Virus record (IMG/VR): IMGVR_UViG_2563366553_000007 | Strand: one strand, 5' to 3' | DNA length: 64,000 nt | Source of the DNA: a virus | Shown here: positions 1 through 10,468 of the stretch, piece after piece | Position numbering within the stretch: position 1 is the first letter of the stretch | Layout: each line of letters opens with the position of its first letter | The notes under the pieces: generated by a model | What the model saw: only the letters and a program-made list of their open reading frames with translations | Told to the model about the DNA's origin: nothing | The model's database searches: none | Program-made: the position numbers and the translations under genes

Positions 1-145
1 ATTCTTGCAGTGTCATTTATTGCTCCTTTTGCTCCCATTCTCCCTAAAGTAATTATCTTTGATACTCTATCATTTCCATATTTCTCTCTAACATAATTAA
101 TTACTTCTTCTCTTCTTTCGTCTCCAATATATGACGATAGGTAAT
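1..145 (-). CDS. dnaE: DNA polymerase III alpha subunit (DnaE), exon 2, partial (continues past the window start)
   Basis: The reverse complement of 1-145 translates without stops to [49 protein letters not shown]. This matches the conserved DnaE segment following the PDxDxDF motif (E. coli: PDFDVDFCMEKRDQVIEHV...[21 protein letters not shown]). The exact exon start is +/- a few nt. Confidence 0.6.
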
Positions 146-948
146 CCTTTGAAATTATCTTCAGATTTTCCCCCGTCCCACACCGTGCGTGAGACTTTCA
201 CCTCACACGGCGTTCCCTCGTTTGAATTGTAGATATATTATGTGACTAAGTTGAATTTTATTAGTCTTACGAAAACCTGAACTATCGTAAATTTTTAAAT
301 ATAATATTTAATCTACTCAAACGACTTGAGCCTATCCCTCCATCACTTATTATCATGACTTCTTTGGTACTGTGGCTCTACTCTCACCTTGATTAATTAA
401 GGTTATAGATAGTTAATCTATCATTTCCCTTAAAACACTTCTTTGACAGTTATATCTCCATGTTCAAGGCTTTCCACGTTCCAATACTCCTATCTTTACC
501 GTATATCCTTAGGTGCTACCTAAATACCGTCATCAATCCAATTCCCTGTAAGAATTGTAGGATTTTCTTAACACAGCCCTTACTCATCCTTCTGATGATA
601 AACCAAATTTGCTTCTCTTAGCATTTCTACTAAGCTACATTCACGATAAGTCAGTCAGTAGTTCGTCCCCATTGCACATTTTGGATACTCACCATAGATA
701 TACTTCATAGACATCCGACATATCAATTACAGCTAATTAAACCTTTCCTCGACTTAACTCGTTAGGGTAATTTTTCTGCCGACTTCAACGAGCTTTACAC
801 AACTTCATAATAACTTAATCCATTGCATATCGTAATTTTAATGGCAATTCTTCAAAGCGTTACCTTATCATTTAATTGCTCAGAGTATTAGTTCTCCTAA
901 GTTTTTGTAACTTAGTGGGCAATCTTTTCAATTACCAACGTGTCACAC
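146..948 (-). mobile_element. ORF-less group II intron (about 800 nt) interrupting dnaE
   Basis: On the minus strand the segment begins GUGUG (948->944), the group II 5' consensus GUGYG. A domain V-like hairpin AACGCCGUGUGAGGUGAAAGUCUCACGCACGGUG lies at 214->181: a 34-nt stem with 2-nt bulge, a GAAA loop and a CGC catalytic-triad variant, about 35 nt before the inferred 3' splice site. Joining the flanks restores the DnaE motif PDIDV|[15 protein letters not shown]. There is no ORF of 60 aa or more on either strand inside. Boundaries are approximate. Confidence 0.6.
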
Positions 949-2380
949 CTACATCTATGTCAGGCATACTAATTCTATCTGGGTTTAAGAATCTTTCAAA
1001 TAACAAGTCATAACGAATAGGATCCATTTCTGTTATTTTCAATACATATGCAACAAGTGAGCCCACACAACTTCCTCTACCTGGTCCTATAGGAATATTA
1101 TTTTTTTTAGCAAAATTAATAAAATCCCAAACAATTAAGAAATAGTCTGGATAACCCATTTTACATATTGTTTTTACTTCAAATTCCAATCTTTCTTTAT
1201 ATTCAACTGATTCATATTTAGAACTTCCATAAAACCTTTCTTTAAAGCCTTCCTCGCAAAGTTTTTTAAAATACTCTTCATTATTTAAATTTTTTTCGTC
1301 CTCTCTTGGGAATACAGGTAATATATTATGTCCAAAATCAAAATGTAAATCACATTTATCCATAATCTCTAATGTATTAAATAAAACTTCAGGTATATCT
1401 TTATATTTTTCTTCCATATCCCCACAAGTATGTACATAATATCCATCACCTGAGAATTTAAATCTTTTAGGATTATCCATAGTTGTCTTAGTCTGGTTAC
1501 ATAAATGTGTCTCATGGACTAAAGAATCTTCTTTTTTCAAATAGTGAGCATCATCTGTGGCAACTACTTTTATATCAAGTTTCTTGGCTAATAACATTAA
1601 CTGTTTATTTATTTTATCTTCATCTTTAATATTATGTCTTTGAATTTCAATATAAAAATCATCTTTAAAAATTCCCTTTAATTTTAAAGCTATTTGTTTT
1701 GCTAATTTATTGTTGCCATCTGCTATAGCTCTTGGTATTTCTCCAGCTATACATCCAGATAAAACTATAACACCTTTGTTGTATTTTTCTAACCAACTGT
1801 ATTTTATCTGAGGACTTTTATAGAAATTATTATAGGCCATAGAACATAACTTAGATATATTTTTATAGCCAACCTCATCTTTAGCTAATAGAACTAAATG
1901 ATTTTTATTCATACTTCCATCTATACTCTCAGAATATGCCTCAAACCCAATTATAGGCTTTTTATTTTTAGATACCATTTGCTTATAAAAATTAATCGCA
2001 CCATACATTACACCATGATCTGTAATTGAACATGAATATTCTGTTTCTTTTGCTAAATCTCCTATTCTTACAATTGAATCAAGAAGAGAATACTCTGTGT
2101 GTCCATGCAACCTAATGCAAGTTATAACTTTTAATTTTTCATCAACAAACTCTCCTATAAAATTATTCCTATAATCAAATATATTATTTTTTATAAAAGT
2201 ATCCTTAACAAACTTTTCTTTTTTTAAAACAAATAGGACCTCTTTACCATTTAGTAAAGATACCTCTATCTTTCCATCATTTTCAATTAAACTTAAATAA
2301 TTTGAACTACTATTATTTTTTCCCTCCTTTAATTCACTTTGAATTTTCTCACATTGTTTTTTGCTAAGATTAACATACAT
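949..2380 (-). CDS. dnaE: DNA polymerase III alpha subunit (DnaE), exon 1, N-terminal PHP domain
   Basis: The track ORF 932..2380 contains PHP motifs [26 protein letters not shown] and GFEAYS, and ends ...MPDIDV. The last 17 nt of the track ORF (VGVTRW*) are intron read-through. An N-terminal extension of about 85 aa precedes the PHP domain. Confidence 0.75.
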
Positions 2381-2508
2381 AAAAATTCCTCCCTTTTTAA
2401 AAATTATTTATTAATATACTTTTTGAATTTTTATATTATAGTGTTTTTTTATAAAATCCATAAAAAAAATTATTAGATTATCTCTAATAATTTTTTTGTT
2501 AATTAATA

Positions 2509-4458
2509 TTATTTTAATAATTCTCTTTTAGCTATTCGTAACAGTTCTGTTGGAATCTTATAAGGTTCACATGAAACTATACTTTTCTCATACATATACA
2601 AGAATTTATTAGCTAAAGATTCTCTTTCCTTCTTACTACCAAACATTATATTAAAAATTAATATACCATCTCTTCTTCCATCTCTTATAGCACATTTAAC
2701 ATCATCTAAAGCTAATTTATCTCCATATAAGCCATTAACATATGGTAGCCCATCGGATAAAATGATTAAAATTTTCTTGTCTTCATTTCGTTCCTTTAAT
2801 TCCTCTAACGCTACTCTTATTGAATATCCATCCATATTACATCCTTCTGCTTTATTATTTTTTAAGAAAGCCAAACTCTTATTACCTTTTTTCTCATTAA
2901 AATTTTTAATTATATGATGATTTATGTTATATGTCACATTAAATTGTGCTATTTTTAGTGCCACAAACTCACTTAAAGCATCTTCCAATATAGCTGTAGC
3001 TTTATACGCTTCTTTAAATTTTTCGCCTGTCATAGACCCACTTCCATCAACCAAAACATAAAATGCATGATTTTTTTTATTATCATAATATCTTTTTTTA
3101 AATATGTCATATTGCTTATTTTGTATTTTCCAAATAGCATTAGTATCTAATAATCCTCTTTTTTTATTTTTAGGATTTATCTTTACTTGATCAATAATTA
3201 TTTTACTTAACTCTTTTTTTAATTTCTTTGACTCAGTTAAAATATCTCCTGTTACACTTACTTTCTCATAATTGTAATTTATCACATTAAGATTATCTTT
3301 AAATCTAAAGTGTTTATCTTTAAATAACTCATTATAATAATTTTCTATATCTTTCATTTTTTCTTGACTCAATGAGTCTTTTGCATCCAGTTCGTCTTTC
3401 TTATCTTTTTCTTTTTTTAATATATCTTCTTTTTCTGCCTGGATTATTGCTGAATTAGATTCTTTATATAGAAAATCTTTAGACTCTTCTATTATTTTAT
3501 CCACAAGTTCTTTTAAGTCAAAATCATTAGCTCTATTCTCATCATTAGTGCTACTTTCCAACTTATCAGTACTTTCACCAAGTTCTTGTTTTTTATCATC
3601 AGATTTAAATGCCCCATGTATATTATTTTCTATATTTTCTTCTTCACATTCCTCATACTTATTCATACTTCCATCTATATTTTCACCTATTTTTGAAAAG
3701 CCTTTATTTAAATCGATTAAATCCTCCTGTTCAGGAAGCTTTAATAACTCTGCTACCAACCAATCTTCTATAGAATATACTAATTCCCATGCATATTTTA
3801 AACAATCACTAAAACTATTACAATTAACAGCTTTAGAACAATAGAGTTTTATATTATTTATTATATTTTCATTTGTATAATTATAATGTTTAGTATAATC
3901 TTCTGGTAAAATACCCATCGTTGCAATTGTTGTAATACAAAATAAAGTGTCAAATAATTCATTGTTATTATCTTTTATTGGTTGTTCCCTCCACCAGAAG
4001 CCTCTCATTAAAATTAAATCACTAATTATACCTGGATAATTTAAAGATAATAATCTTTCTATTCTTCCATCTTCAATTGAGTTTATTATAAATGCGCCAA
4101 CTTCTTTAGTTTTATTTTTACCCAGTTTATACTTATCCTTAAAATGCAAACTAAATTCTTCTATAAAACCTCCATACTTTTCTTTTGGCGTATAGTTTTT
4201 ATGGGAAACCTCATGCCCAATTAAAGCTTTACAAATAGAAAACAAAACTTCCTTTGTTTCCCCTTCCATATATTCTGGGATACCTATAAAAACATCTTTA
4301 AAATCCGTATAAGTACTTCCACCTACTTTTAAAAATAAACTAAATTGTTGCATTTTTTCATCTATTAAGTTGGCAAAAAATTTTAATTTTTTATTAATGC
4401 TATATGAATCACAAAATTTAATAATATCCTTTCTTCCCATTACCTCTAAACTATTCAT
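2509..4458 (-). CDS. vWA-domain protein, CobT-like (partner of the adjacent AAA+ ATPase)
   Basis: The C-terminal von Willebrand A domain carries a MIDAS motif, VLVDGSGSM...ILSDGLP. The N-terminal 400 aa is of unknown fold, with an acidic low-complexity linker. The gene is co-oriented with and immediately downstream of the AAA+ gene. Confidence 0.65.
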   Translation of the reverse strand: MNSLEVMGRKDIIKFCDSYSINKKLKFFANLIDEKMQQFSLFLKVGGSTYTDFKDVFIGIPEYMEGETKEVLFSICKALIGHEVSHKNYTPKEKYGGFIEEFSLHFKDKYKLGKNKTKEVGAFIINSIEDGRIERLLSLNYPGIISDLILMRGFWWREQPIKDNNNELFDTLFCITTIATMGILPEDYTKHYNYTNENIINNIKLYCSKAVNCNSFSDCLKYAWELVYSIEDWLVAELLKLPEQEDLIDLNKGFSKIGENIDGSMNKYEECEEENIENNIHGAFKSDDKKQELGESTDKLESSTNDENRANDFDLKELVDKIIEESKDFLYKESNSAIIQAEKEDILKKEKDKKDELDAKDSLSQEKMKDIENYYNELFKDKHFRFKDNLNVINYNYEKVSVTGDILTESKKLKKELSKIIIDQVKINPKNKKRGLLDTNAIWKIQNKQYDIFKKRYYDNKKNHAFYVLVDGSGSMTGEKFKEAYKATAILEDALSEFVALKIAQFNVTYNINHHIIKNFNEKKGNKSLAFLKNNKAEGCNMDGYSIRVALEELKERNEDKKILIILSDGLPYVNGLYGDKLALDDVKCAIRDGRRDGILIFNIMFGSKKERESLANKFLYMYEKSIVSCEPYKIPTELLRIAKRELLK

Positions 4459-4482
4459 ATAATATTCCTCCTTTTTTATCTT

Positions 4483-4510
4483 TATAAAACAAAAACCACT
4501 TAAGTGGTTT
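4483..4510. terminator. Palindromic hairpin between the AAA+ and vWA genes (possible intra-operon attenuator)
   Basis: The sequence is AAAAACCACTTAAGTGGTTTTT, a perfect palindrome flanked by A/T runs. Confidence 0.35.
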
Positions 4511-4515
4511 TTGTT

Positions 4516-6168
4516 TTATACACATATCTGTTCTATTACTTCTTTAACATTTTCTCTATATTCTGTGTCTCGTACTTTGTTTGCAACTCCAACAATCAAG
4601 GCTTCTTTTATGCTTTCTAAATCTTCACTCATCTTTACTGCATGTATAAATCCTCTAATGCTCATACAACTTTCATCTAAATCAACATATATACTTTTTA
4701 TAAGATCTATCAGCTTTGAGTAAACTTTATCAGCAATTAATAAATCTGACTGTTTAACACAAGGACAAGAATCTTTTAAAATTGAGTATATGCTATTATT
4801 AGATTCAAATAATATATCTACAAATCTATCAGATAAAGCTTCATTTAAATCAGAAGTACCTTCATATCCAACATTCATAGTTCCTATAACAATAAAATTT
4901 TCTTCAGCTCTAACTTGTTTGTATCCTGGCACTTCAATAGATTGTCTATGGTCGGTAATAGAATGTAGCAGGGCTGTCACTCCTGGATCAGCAAAATTTA
5001 TTTCATCTACATTTATAATTCCACCTTGTTCCATAGCTTCAAGAAGTACTTCAGGCTCAAATACTATGGTGCTCTTTGAAATTCCATTCTCGTCTACTTT
5101 TGTGTCTACGCTTTTTGACCCTAATAAGTCAAACTTATCGGTCTCTTTGCTTATAGAAATAGAGTATAGAGGTCTTTGGAATATCCAAGCCATAGTTTCT
5201 ACAAAAATATTTTTACCTGTACCTTTTTCTCCCGAACAGAGTATATGACACTTGTTTCTAATTGCAGAACAACCTATTTTTAAATTATTAGAGTTATCTT
5301 GATAATTTGGATTTTCTTTAGGTATTCTATGAGAAACATTCTTGCCATATTTTTTGTAAGTACTAAATATTTTTTGAATTAAAGCAATCTTAAAATTATT
5401 ATTTAATAAATAATCTTCTATTTCATCTAATATAGTTTTATTAAATCCTTTTTTAATTAATTTTTCTTTTATTTTTATATTTTCTTCTTTTAATGCCTCA
5501 TTAGTAACACTTTTATATTTTTCTAAATCAAAATCAAGAACTACATAAAAATCTGTTTTTTCAGTTTTATATATTTCTGCTAATCCTATGTCTATATTTG
5601 ATTTTAAAATAGTTTTTAATGCTTTAATCTCATTAACAGAAGAACATTTAGGAAAATCTTTTTCTTCTATGACTCCAGCTTTTTCTCCATTTTTGAATAG
5701 TATTATCTTTTCATTTTCCAACCCAACTTTTAAAAATATTTTTTCTCCATTTTTGAATTGATTAATAGCCTCCATCTTTTTCTTATATTCTTTTATGCTC
5801 CCTTTTACTTTTAGTATTAAATTTCTCCTAAACTCATTTTTTTTATCATCGTTTTCAGAGTCACTTTGTATCTCAACAATTAAAATTGTTTTTGTTTTAT
5901 TGGTTTTAATCTCATCATAACCAACTACTATGCCATAAAATTCATCTTTCATCTTGTTCACTATAGCATGGTTAGAAACGGTACCTTCACCCATTGTTTT
6001 TGGTTGTGCAGATATAAAGCCTATTTTTTCTTCTTTAAAAAATGCAATTATTGCATCCTCATCCATTTTATTTTTTGGATCTTTTTTAAATGTGATTTTT
6101 GTTCCTATCTCTATATAATCTAAATCCTTATAACTATGTACAACTGATACCTTTTCCATAAATAACAC
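4516..6168 (-). CDS. MoxR/CobS-like AAA+ ATPase (AAA_5 type) with a 150-aa N-terminal extension
   Basis: Walker A is SGEKGTGKN and Walker B is IINVDEINFADPGV. Sensor and arginine-finger regions (TMNVGYEGTSDLNEALSDRF) are typical of the MoxR/CobS/dynein-related subfamily. Confidence 0.75.
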   Translation of the reverse strand: MLFMEKVSVVHSYKDLDYIEIGTKITFKKDPKNKMDEDAIIAFFKEEKIGFISAQPKTMGEGTVSNHAIVNKMKDEFYGIVVGYDEIKTNKTKTILIVEIQSDSENDDKKNEFRRNLILKVKGSIKEYKKKMEAINQFKNGEKIFLKVGLENEKIILFKNGEKAGVIEEKDFPKCSSVNEIKALKTILKSNIDIGLAEIYKTEKTDFYVVLDFDLEKYKSVTNEALKEENIKIKEKLIKKGFNKTILDEIEDYLLNNNFKIALIQKIFSTYKKYGKNVSHRIPKENPNYQDNSNNLKIGCSAIRNKCHILCSGEKGTGKNIFVETMAWIFQRPLYSISISKETDKFDLLGSKSVDTKVDENGISKSTIVFEPEVLLEAMEQGGIINVDEINFADPGVTALLHSITDHRQSIEVPGYKQVRAEENFIVIGTMNVGYEGTSDLNEALSDRFVDILFESNNSIYSILKDSCPCVKQSDLLIADKVYSKLIDLIKSIYVDLDESCMSIRGFIHAVKMSEDLESIKEALIVGVANKVRDTEYRENVKEVIEQICV

Positions 6169-6229
6169 CCCTTTTTAAGATTTTAATAGTCTAAATCCTT
6201 TTTATCATGATATATTATAGAAACAGGGT

Positions 6230-6262
6230 GAGAAAATTATAATTTTCTCACCCTGTTTTTTA
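6230..6262. terminator. Stem-loop downstream of the primase gene
   Basis: The hairpin is AACAGGGTGAGAAAATTATAATTTTCTCACCCTGTT followed by TTTTTT on the + strand. Confidence 0.5.
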
Positions 6263-6266
6263 TATA

Positions 6267-7640
6267 TTATATATTTTTATATTTTTTAAGTTGTCTTAAT
6301 ATTATTTGTTCATACAATTCTTTTTTTGCTTCTTTTGGATATTTTTTTTCATCTGGCCCAAATAATGATATTAATATTTCTATATACTTATTATAATAAG
6401 TATTCATCTCATCAAATGAAATTTTATCAACCATATCTTTTTTCCCATTATCAATTAAATCATCGATACCTTTCCCAAAATCACTGTCCCAAAGGACATA
6501 GAATATTTTTTTATTTTCTATTTTTTGTAAAGCTTCTCCTAACTTCAAAGCTTGTTTGTAAACAGCAAGATTATATCCCATGTCTGCATCAAAGGCGACA
6601 TAAATATAAGGTAATTCTACCTCACTATATAATTTTTGAATATTCTTAATTACTTCTATAATATTACCCCAAGCACAAACGCCTTGAATTGATATTGCTA
6701 TGCTATTATACTCTTTTGCTATTTTCTTAGCCTTAAAATGGCCCTCAGTAATAAAAATAGTTTTTACCTTCAATTCCTCTGGATAAATAACATCTACAGA
6801 TACACCAGCAGATGTACCAAATTTATACCCTTCATTCTCTTGAGCAAAAGCAGATGAAAACCAAATATATCTACTCTCGTGGCTATTTACCACATTTTTT
6901 CTTATTTGTATTCCAATAATTTGTTTAAATTCATTTCTAATTGGAATTGCGATGCCTCCTCTTTTTATAGTAGTAAAGTCATATCGATTATTTTTCTTAT
7001 TATAAAAAAAACCTGGTATATTATTTAATGTACTTAATTTAATGTTATTTTTTTCTAAGTCAGTTAAGAAAGGTTTTAATATATATCTATTTGGGAAAGA
7101 AAAATAACCTGTATCTTCGATTTCTTTATCTGTCAGCCCTCTTTTATTTTTAAGATGTTTTATATCTTCTTCATTTAATCTATTTTTACCTAAATAATCA
7201 AAACCTTTTATAAACAAAGAATAGATTTTATTTAATGTTTCATTATCAGCTTTTTTACTTTGATGTTCAATAAGGTTTTGTTTTATGTAAGTTTTTTCAA
7301 TTTTTAAATTCTCTGATTCTGAAAGTTTTTTTGATAATATTTGCTTATATTTTTCTTCTGAGATTAACCTCTTTTCAAGTGCTATTTTAAATGCACTCTC
7401 AACATAAGTTATATTTTCAAATAAGGAAACAAATTTAATAATATCTCCTCCAGTACCACAACTAAAACATTTAAATATTTTCTTATTTTTAGAAACAGAA
7501 AAGGAACCAATTCTTTTATCATTGTGAAAAGGACATAAGCCTTTTCCATTTTTCAAATCCATTCTTGATTCAATTTCATCTATACCAACAACTTCTCTAA
7601 CTAATTCAATAATCTCTTTTATAAAATCTTTCCTTTTCAT
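6267..7640 (-). CDS. dnaG: DNA primase (DnaG-like: CHC2 zinc finger + TOPRIM)
   Basis: The zinc-finger region is CPFHNDKRIGSFSVSKNKKIFKCFSCGTGGD. TOPRIM motifs are IFITEGHFKAKK and YVAFDADMGYN. Confidence 0.8.
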   Translation of the reverse strand: MKRKDFIKEIIELVREVVGIDEIESRMDLKNGKGLCPFHNDKRIGSFSVSKNKKIFKCFSCGTGGDIIKFVSLFENITYVESAFKIALEKRLISEEKYKQILSKKLSESENLKIEKTYIKQNLIEHQSKKADNETLNKIYSLFIKGFDYLGKNRLNEEDIKHLKNKRGLTDKEIEDTGYFSFPNRYILKPFLTDLEKNNIKLSTLNNIPGFFYNKKNNRYDFTTIKRGGIAIPIRNEFKQIIGIQIRKNVVNSHESRYIWFSSAFAQENEGYKFGTSAGVSVDVIYPEELKVKTIFITEGHFKAKKIAKEYNSIAISIQGVCAWGNIIEVIKNIQKLYSEVELPYIYVAFDADMGYNLAVYKQALKLGEALQKIENKKIFYVLWDSDFGKGIDDLIDNGKKDMVDKISFDEMNTYYNKYIEILISLFGPDEKKYPKEAKKELYEQIILRQLKKYKNI

Positions 7641-7740
7641 AAACTATTTTCCCTTCCAGATTTTTATATTGAATATTTTTACATATTTATACCACTTAGT
7701 ATATATTTTGTTTTATTTTTTAGCAATATATATTGACTAT

Positions 7741-7778
7741 AAAAAACAAAAAACAAACAATTTAAATTGTTTGTTTTT
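7741..7778 (-). terminator. Rho-independent terminator after ssb
   Basis: The hairpin AAACAAACAATTTAAATTGTTTGTTT is followed by a T-run on the minus strand. Confidence 0.6.
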
Positions 7779-7790
7779 GTTTTGCTAATC

Positions 7791-8315
7791 TTAGAATGGT
7801 ATATCATCATCATCTATTTCTTCAAAATTTGCTTCTATTACTTCATTTTTCTTATTGAAATTCTCTTCTACATGTCTATTACTTTCTTCTGCATTTTTCT
7901 TTTTAACTACACTTTTAAAATTTGATATTGTAATAACTAATTTTTTAAATGGAGTACCATCCTTTTTTGTACTTTCCTCTACTTTTAATTTACCCATAAC
8001 TCCCAACAACATATTTTCACTTGGATTAAATTTTTGCAATCTTTCTGCTACTACATCCCAAGCTGTAACTTTAATAAAGTGTTGTTCTTTATCAAAATCT
8101 TCACCAAAATAAAATTTAGCAACTGATTGTGGTATTTTTGTACTTAATTCCATATTTGCAACAAGTTTGTCTCCATTCTTTGTTGATACTTTTCGAAATT
8201 CTACAAAGTTCTCTTTATCTTTATATTTACAAGTCCACCCTTCTATGTATGCTACTAAAGTTTCTCCTACTTTTTCAAATCCACAGAAATTAAAATTATA
8301 TTTTTTTTCGCTCAT
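7791..8315 (-). CDS. ssb: Single-stranded DNA-binding protein
   Basis: It has an OB-fold N-terminus and an acidic C-terminal tail ending DDDIPF, the canonical SSB client-interaction tip. Confidence 0.85.
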   Translation of the reverse strand: MSEKKYNFNFCGFEKVGETLVAYIEGWTCKYKDKENFVEFRKVSTKNGDKLVANMELSTKIPQSVAKFYFGEDFDKEQHFIKVTAWDVVAERLQKFNPSENMLLGVMGKLKVEESTKKDGTPFKKLVITISNFKSVVKKKNAEESNRHVEENFNKKNEVIEANFEEIDDDDIPF

Positions 8316-8520
8316 ATTAATACCTTCTTTCTTATATTTTTTTTAAAAACCATTTTTAGTATTATTTTTCATTATAGATTCTAAAAAAAAATATATTCCT
8401 AAAACATATAGATATTTATTCATTTTTTTATTATATAATTTACAACTAAGTTCTATAATGTATTAAACTATATAAGGTCTTTAAGCAACAATTCCTATTT
8501 AAAACTTTTGGAGGTGTTTA

Positions 8521-9585
8521 ATGGATAATTTCAAATATCTATTTGAAAAAAATAAGCAAAAAATATTATTAACAATTAGTCTCCTATTCTTATTTATAAT
8601 ATGTATTACAATTTTTTTATTCATCAAAAAAAATAATTTTAATGAGAATATGACAGATGTTCAATATGAAGATGTCGGAATAAAAAAAGCTGAATATATT
8701 TTAACAGGTACTTGTAATGGGAAAATAGATTTGATTAAAACTTCAAATCAAAAAGTCGTTGATAGTCTACAATTAAACAATTTAGGCAATACAATGTATT
8801 CAAGAGATCCAAATTTAAAAAAATTAATGGTTTATAACAATAGTAACTTTTATAGTATTGAAGAGAAAAAAGGTAAAATCATTAAAAATAATGTTTATAA
8901 GCTAAAAGATAATATTCAAATTTTAAACTTTAACTTTTCTGATAATTATATAGTTTTTAATTCTAATGGAGCTTATAAATCTATCTCTTTAAAAGAAAAT
9001 AAAGAAAATTATATTAATGAAAGAGAATTTGATAATTATGTAGTTTCTAAAGATAATCTGATATACTCTAAAGATAATTTAATAACTTCTTTAAATTTAA
9101 AAACAAATAAAGTTAATAAAACTATAAATCTTGGAGATAAGACTAAGGCTATATCCCTTACTAAAAATGGTCTTACTATTTTTAACAATTTTGGATATGA
9201 TAATAATAGATCAATTATATTGGGAGTAAACCCAGAAACATTATATATAAATAGCGTCTATAAACTTGATAGTAATAAGGTATTACCAGTAACACAATAT
9301 AGTAGAGACTTAGAAGTTTATTTTATGGATAAGGTAGAAAAAGATTCTGCTTTAATAGAATCGCATTATGCTGTTAAAGTAGATAATAAAACAACTAAAA
9401 CAACTTTAAGTAATACAAATAAAGACTCAGACAAGACCCCAAATACATATAATACAGTTAGTGCTAAAGGATATCTTTATTCAAATGAAGATTTAAAAGA
9501 ATTAAAAATATTTGAATTGAGAAGTAACACTTTAGTAGCTACAATAAATACAGATAAAATCTTTTTTATGCCTATACTAAAATAA
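8521..9585 (+). CDS. Hypothetical membrane-anchored protein
   Basis: There is a good RBS (GGAGGTG) 8 nt upstream and an N-terminal TM helix. It is Asn/Lys-rich, has an internal short duplication (SKDNLIYSKDNLITS) and no recognisable catalytic motif. Confidence 0.5.
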   Translation: MDNFKYLFEKNKQKILLTISLLFLFIICITIFLFIKKNNFNENMTDVQYEDVGIKKAEYILTGTCNGKIDLIKTSNQKVVDSLQLNNLGNTMYSRDPNLKKLMVYNNSNFYSIEEKKGKIIKNNVYKLKDNIQILNFNFSDNYIVFNSNGAYKSISLKENKENYINEREFDNYVVSKDNLIYSKDNLITSLNLKTNKVNKTINLGDKTKAISLTKNGLTIFNNFGYDNNRSIILGVNPETLYINSVYKLDSNKVLPVTQYSRDLEVYFMDKVEKDSALIESHYAVKVDNKTTKTTLSNTNKDSDKTPNTYNTVSAKGYLYSNEDLKELKIFELRSNTLVATINTDKIFFMPILK

Positions 9586-9617
9586 AAGGACTGCTTAGTA
9601 AGCAGTCCTTTTATTTT
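9584..9617. terminator. Bidirectional terminator between convergent genes
   Basis: The hairpin AAAGGACTGCTTAGTAAGCAGTCCTTT is flanked by A/T runs. Confidence 0.6.
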
Positions 9618-10468
9618 AAGTTGTTTCGATATTTACATAGATCATCTACAGTTTCTAAATCTAAGAATTTTAATACTTCTTTATTTATAAGATTAATATC
9701 TATTTGTAAATCAAATTTTTTTATATACCAAGTTTTAGTTAATATATTAAAATAAGCTTCTCCTCTATTAACACCACTTGAGAAATTAACATATAATCGT
9801 TTCATTTTACTTTTCTCCCAGTACTTAACTCTTTTAATAACTATACTTTTACAAACTTCTATATTTTCATCACAATTAATTTCATTAAAAAATTCCACTT
9901 GGATATTATCATTTAATTTTTCTGCATTTAAAGCTTTTAATTTTAAAAAACACTTCGCAGTTGCGATAGCATCATCTATAGCTCTATGATTTTTTTCTAA
10001 TGGTACTTCTAAGTAAGAACATAAATCTATCAAAGTATGCTTTTTTTTATCTGGAAAAGTAAACTTAGATAAACTTACTGTATCCATAACTTTATGGCTT
10101 GACTTAATTCCAATAGTTGCTAAAGCAGGTTTTAAAAACCTATCCCAATCAAAAGATGCATTATGTGCAACAATTACACTATCACTAATAAACTCATTAA
10201 ATTTTTGTAATACATTTCCAATATAAGGAGCATCCTTAACCATATCATTGGTTATTTTTGTTAGTTCTGTTATTTTCTTAGGTATCTTTAACTCAGGATT
10301 TACTAAAGTAGAGAAATTGTCTACTATTTCCCCATTTTTTATTTTAACAGCTCCTATTTCAAGTATCCTGCCACCTTTTTGTATAGAAAATGCAGTTGTT
10401 TCTATATCCACTACAACAAATTCATTGTAATTAAGCATTTCTATTTCTAATTTTCCTTTTTTACTCAT
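9611..10468 (-). CDS. DnaQ-like 3'-5' exonuclease (Pol III epsilon family)
   Basis: Exo I is VVVDIETTAF, Exo II is HNASFDWDRFL and Exo III is HRAIDDAIATAKCF. Confidence 0.8.
   Translation of the reverse strand: MSKKGKLEIEMLNYNEFVVVDIETTAFSIQKGGRILEIGAVKIKNGEIVDNFSTLVNPELKIPKKITELTKITNDMVKDAPYIGNVLQKFNEFISDSVIVAHNASFDWDRFLKPALATIGIKSSHKVMDTVSLSKFTFPDKKKHTLIDLCSYLEVPLEKNHRAIDDAIATAKCFLKLKALNAEKLNDNIQVEFFNEINCDENIEVCKSIVIKRVKYWEKSKMKRLYVNFSSGVNRGEAYFNILTKTWYIKKFDLQIDINLINKEVLKFLDLETVDDLCKYRNNLK

Noticed and set aside
932-948. C-terminal tail VGVTRW* of the track ORF 932..2380, taken as the genuine DnaE C-terminus
   Set aside because: It diverges from DnaE exactly at the PDxD motif. The conserved continuation is found 800 nt away, and the intervening sequence has group II intron hallmarks. 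The tail is intron read-through.
3548-3844. Antisense ORFs inside larger genes (for example 3548..3844, 4790..5248, 16751..17470, 19161..19841, 38119..38448, 39172..39876, 43255..43578, 50750..51088, 54933..55310, 57727..58401)
   Set aside because: They are low-complexity Ser/Leu/Phe-rich translations of the opposite strand of well-supported genes. They are typical spurious ORFs in AT-rich DNA.
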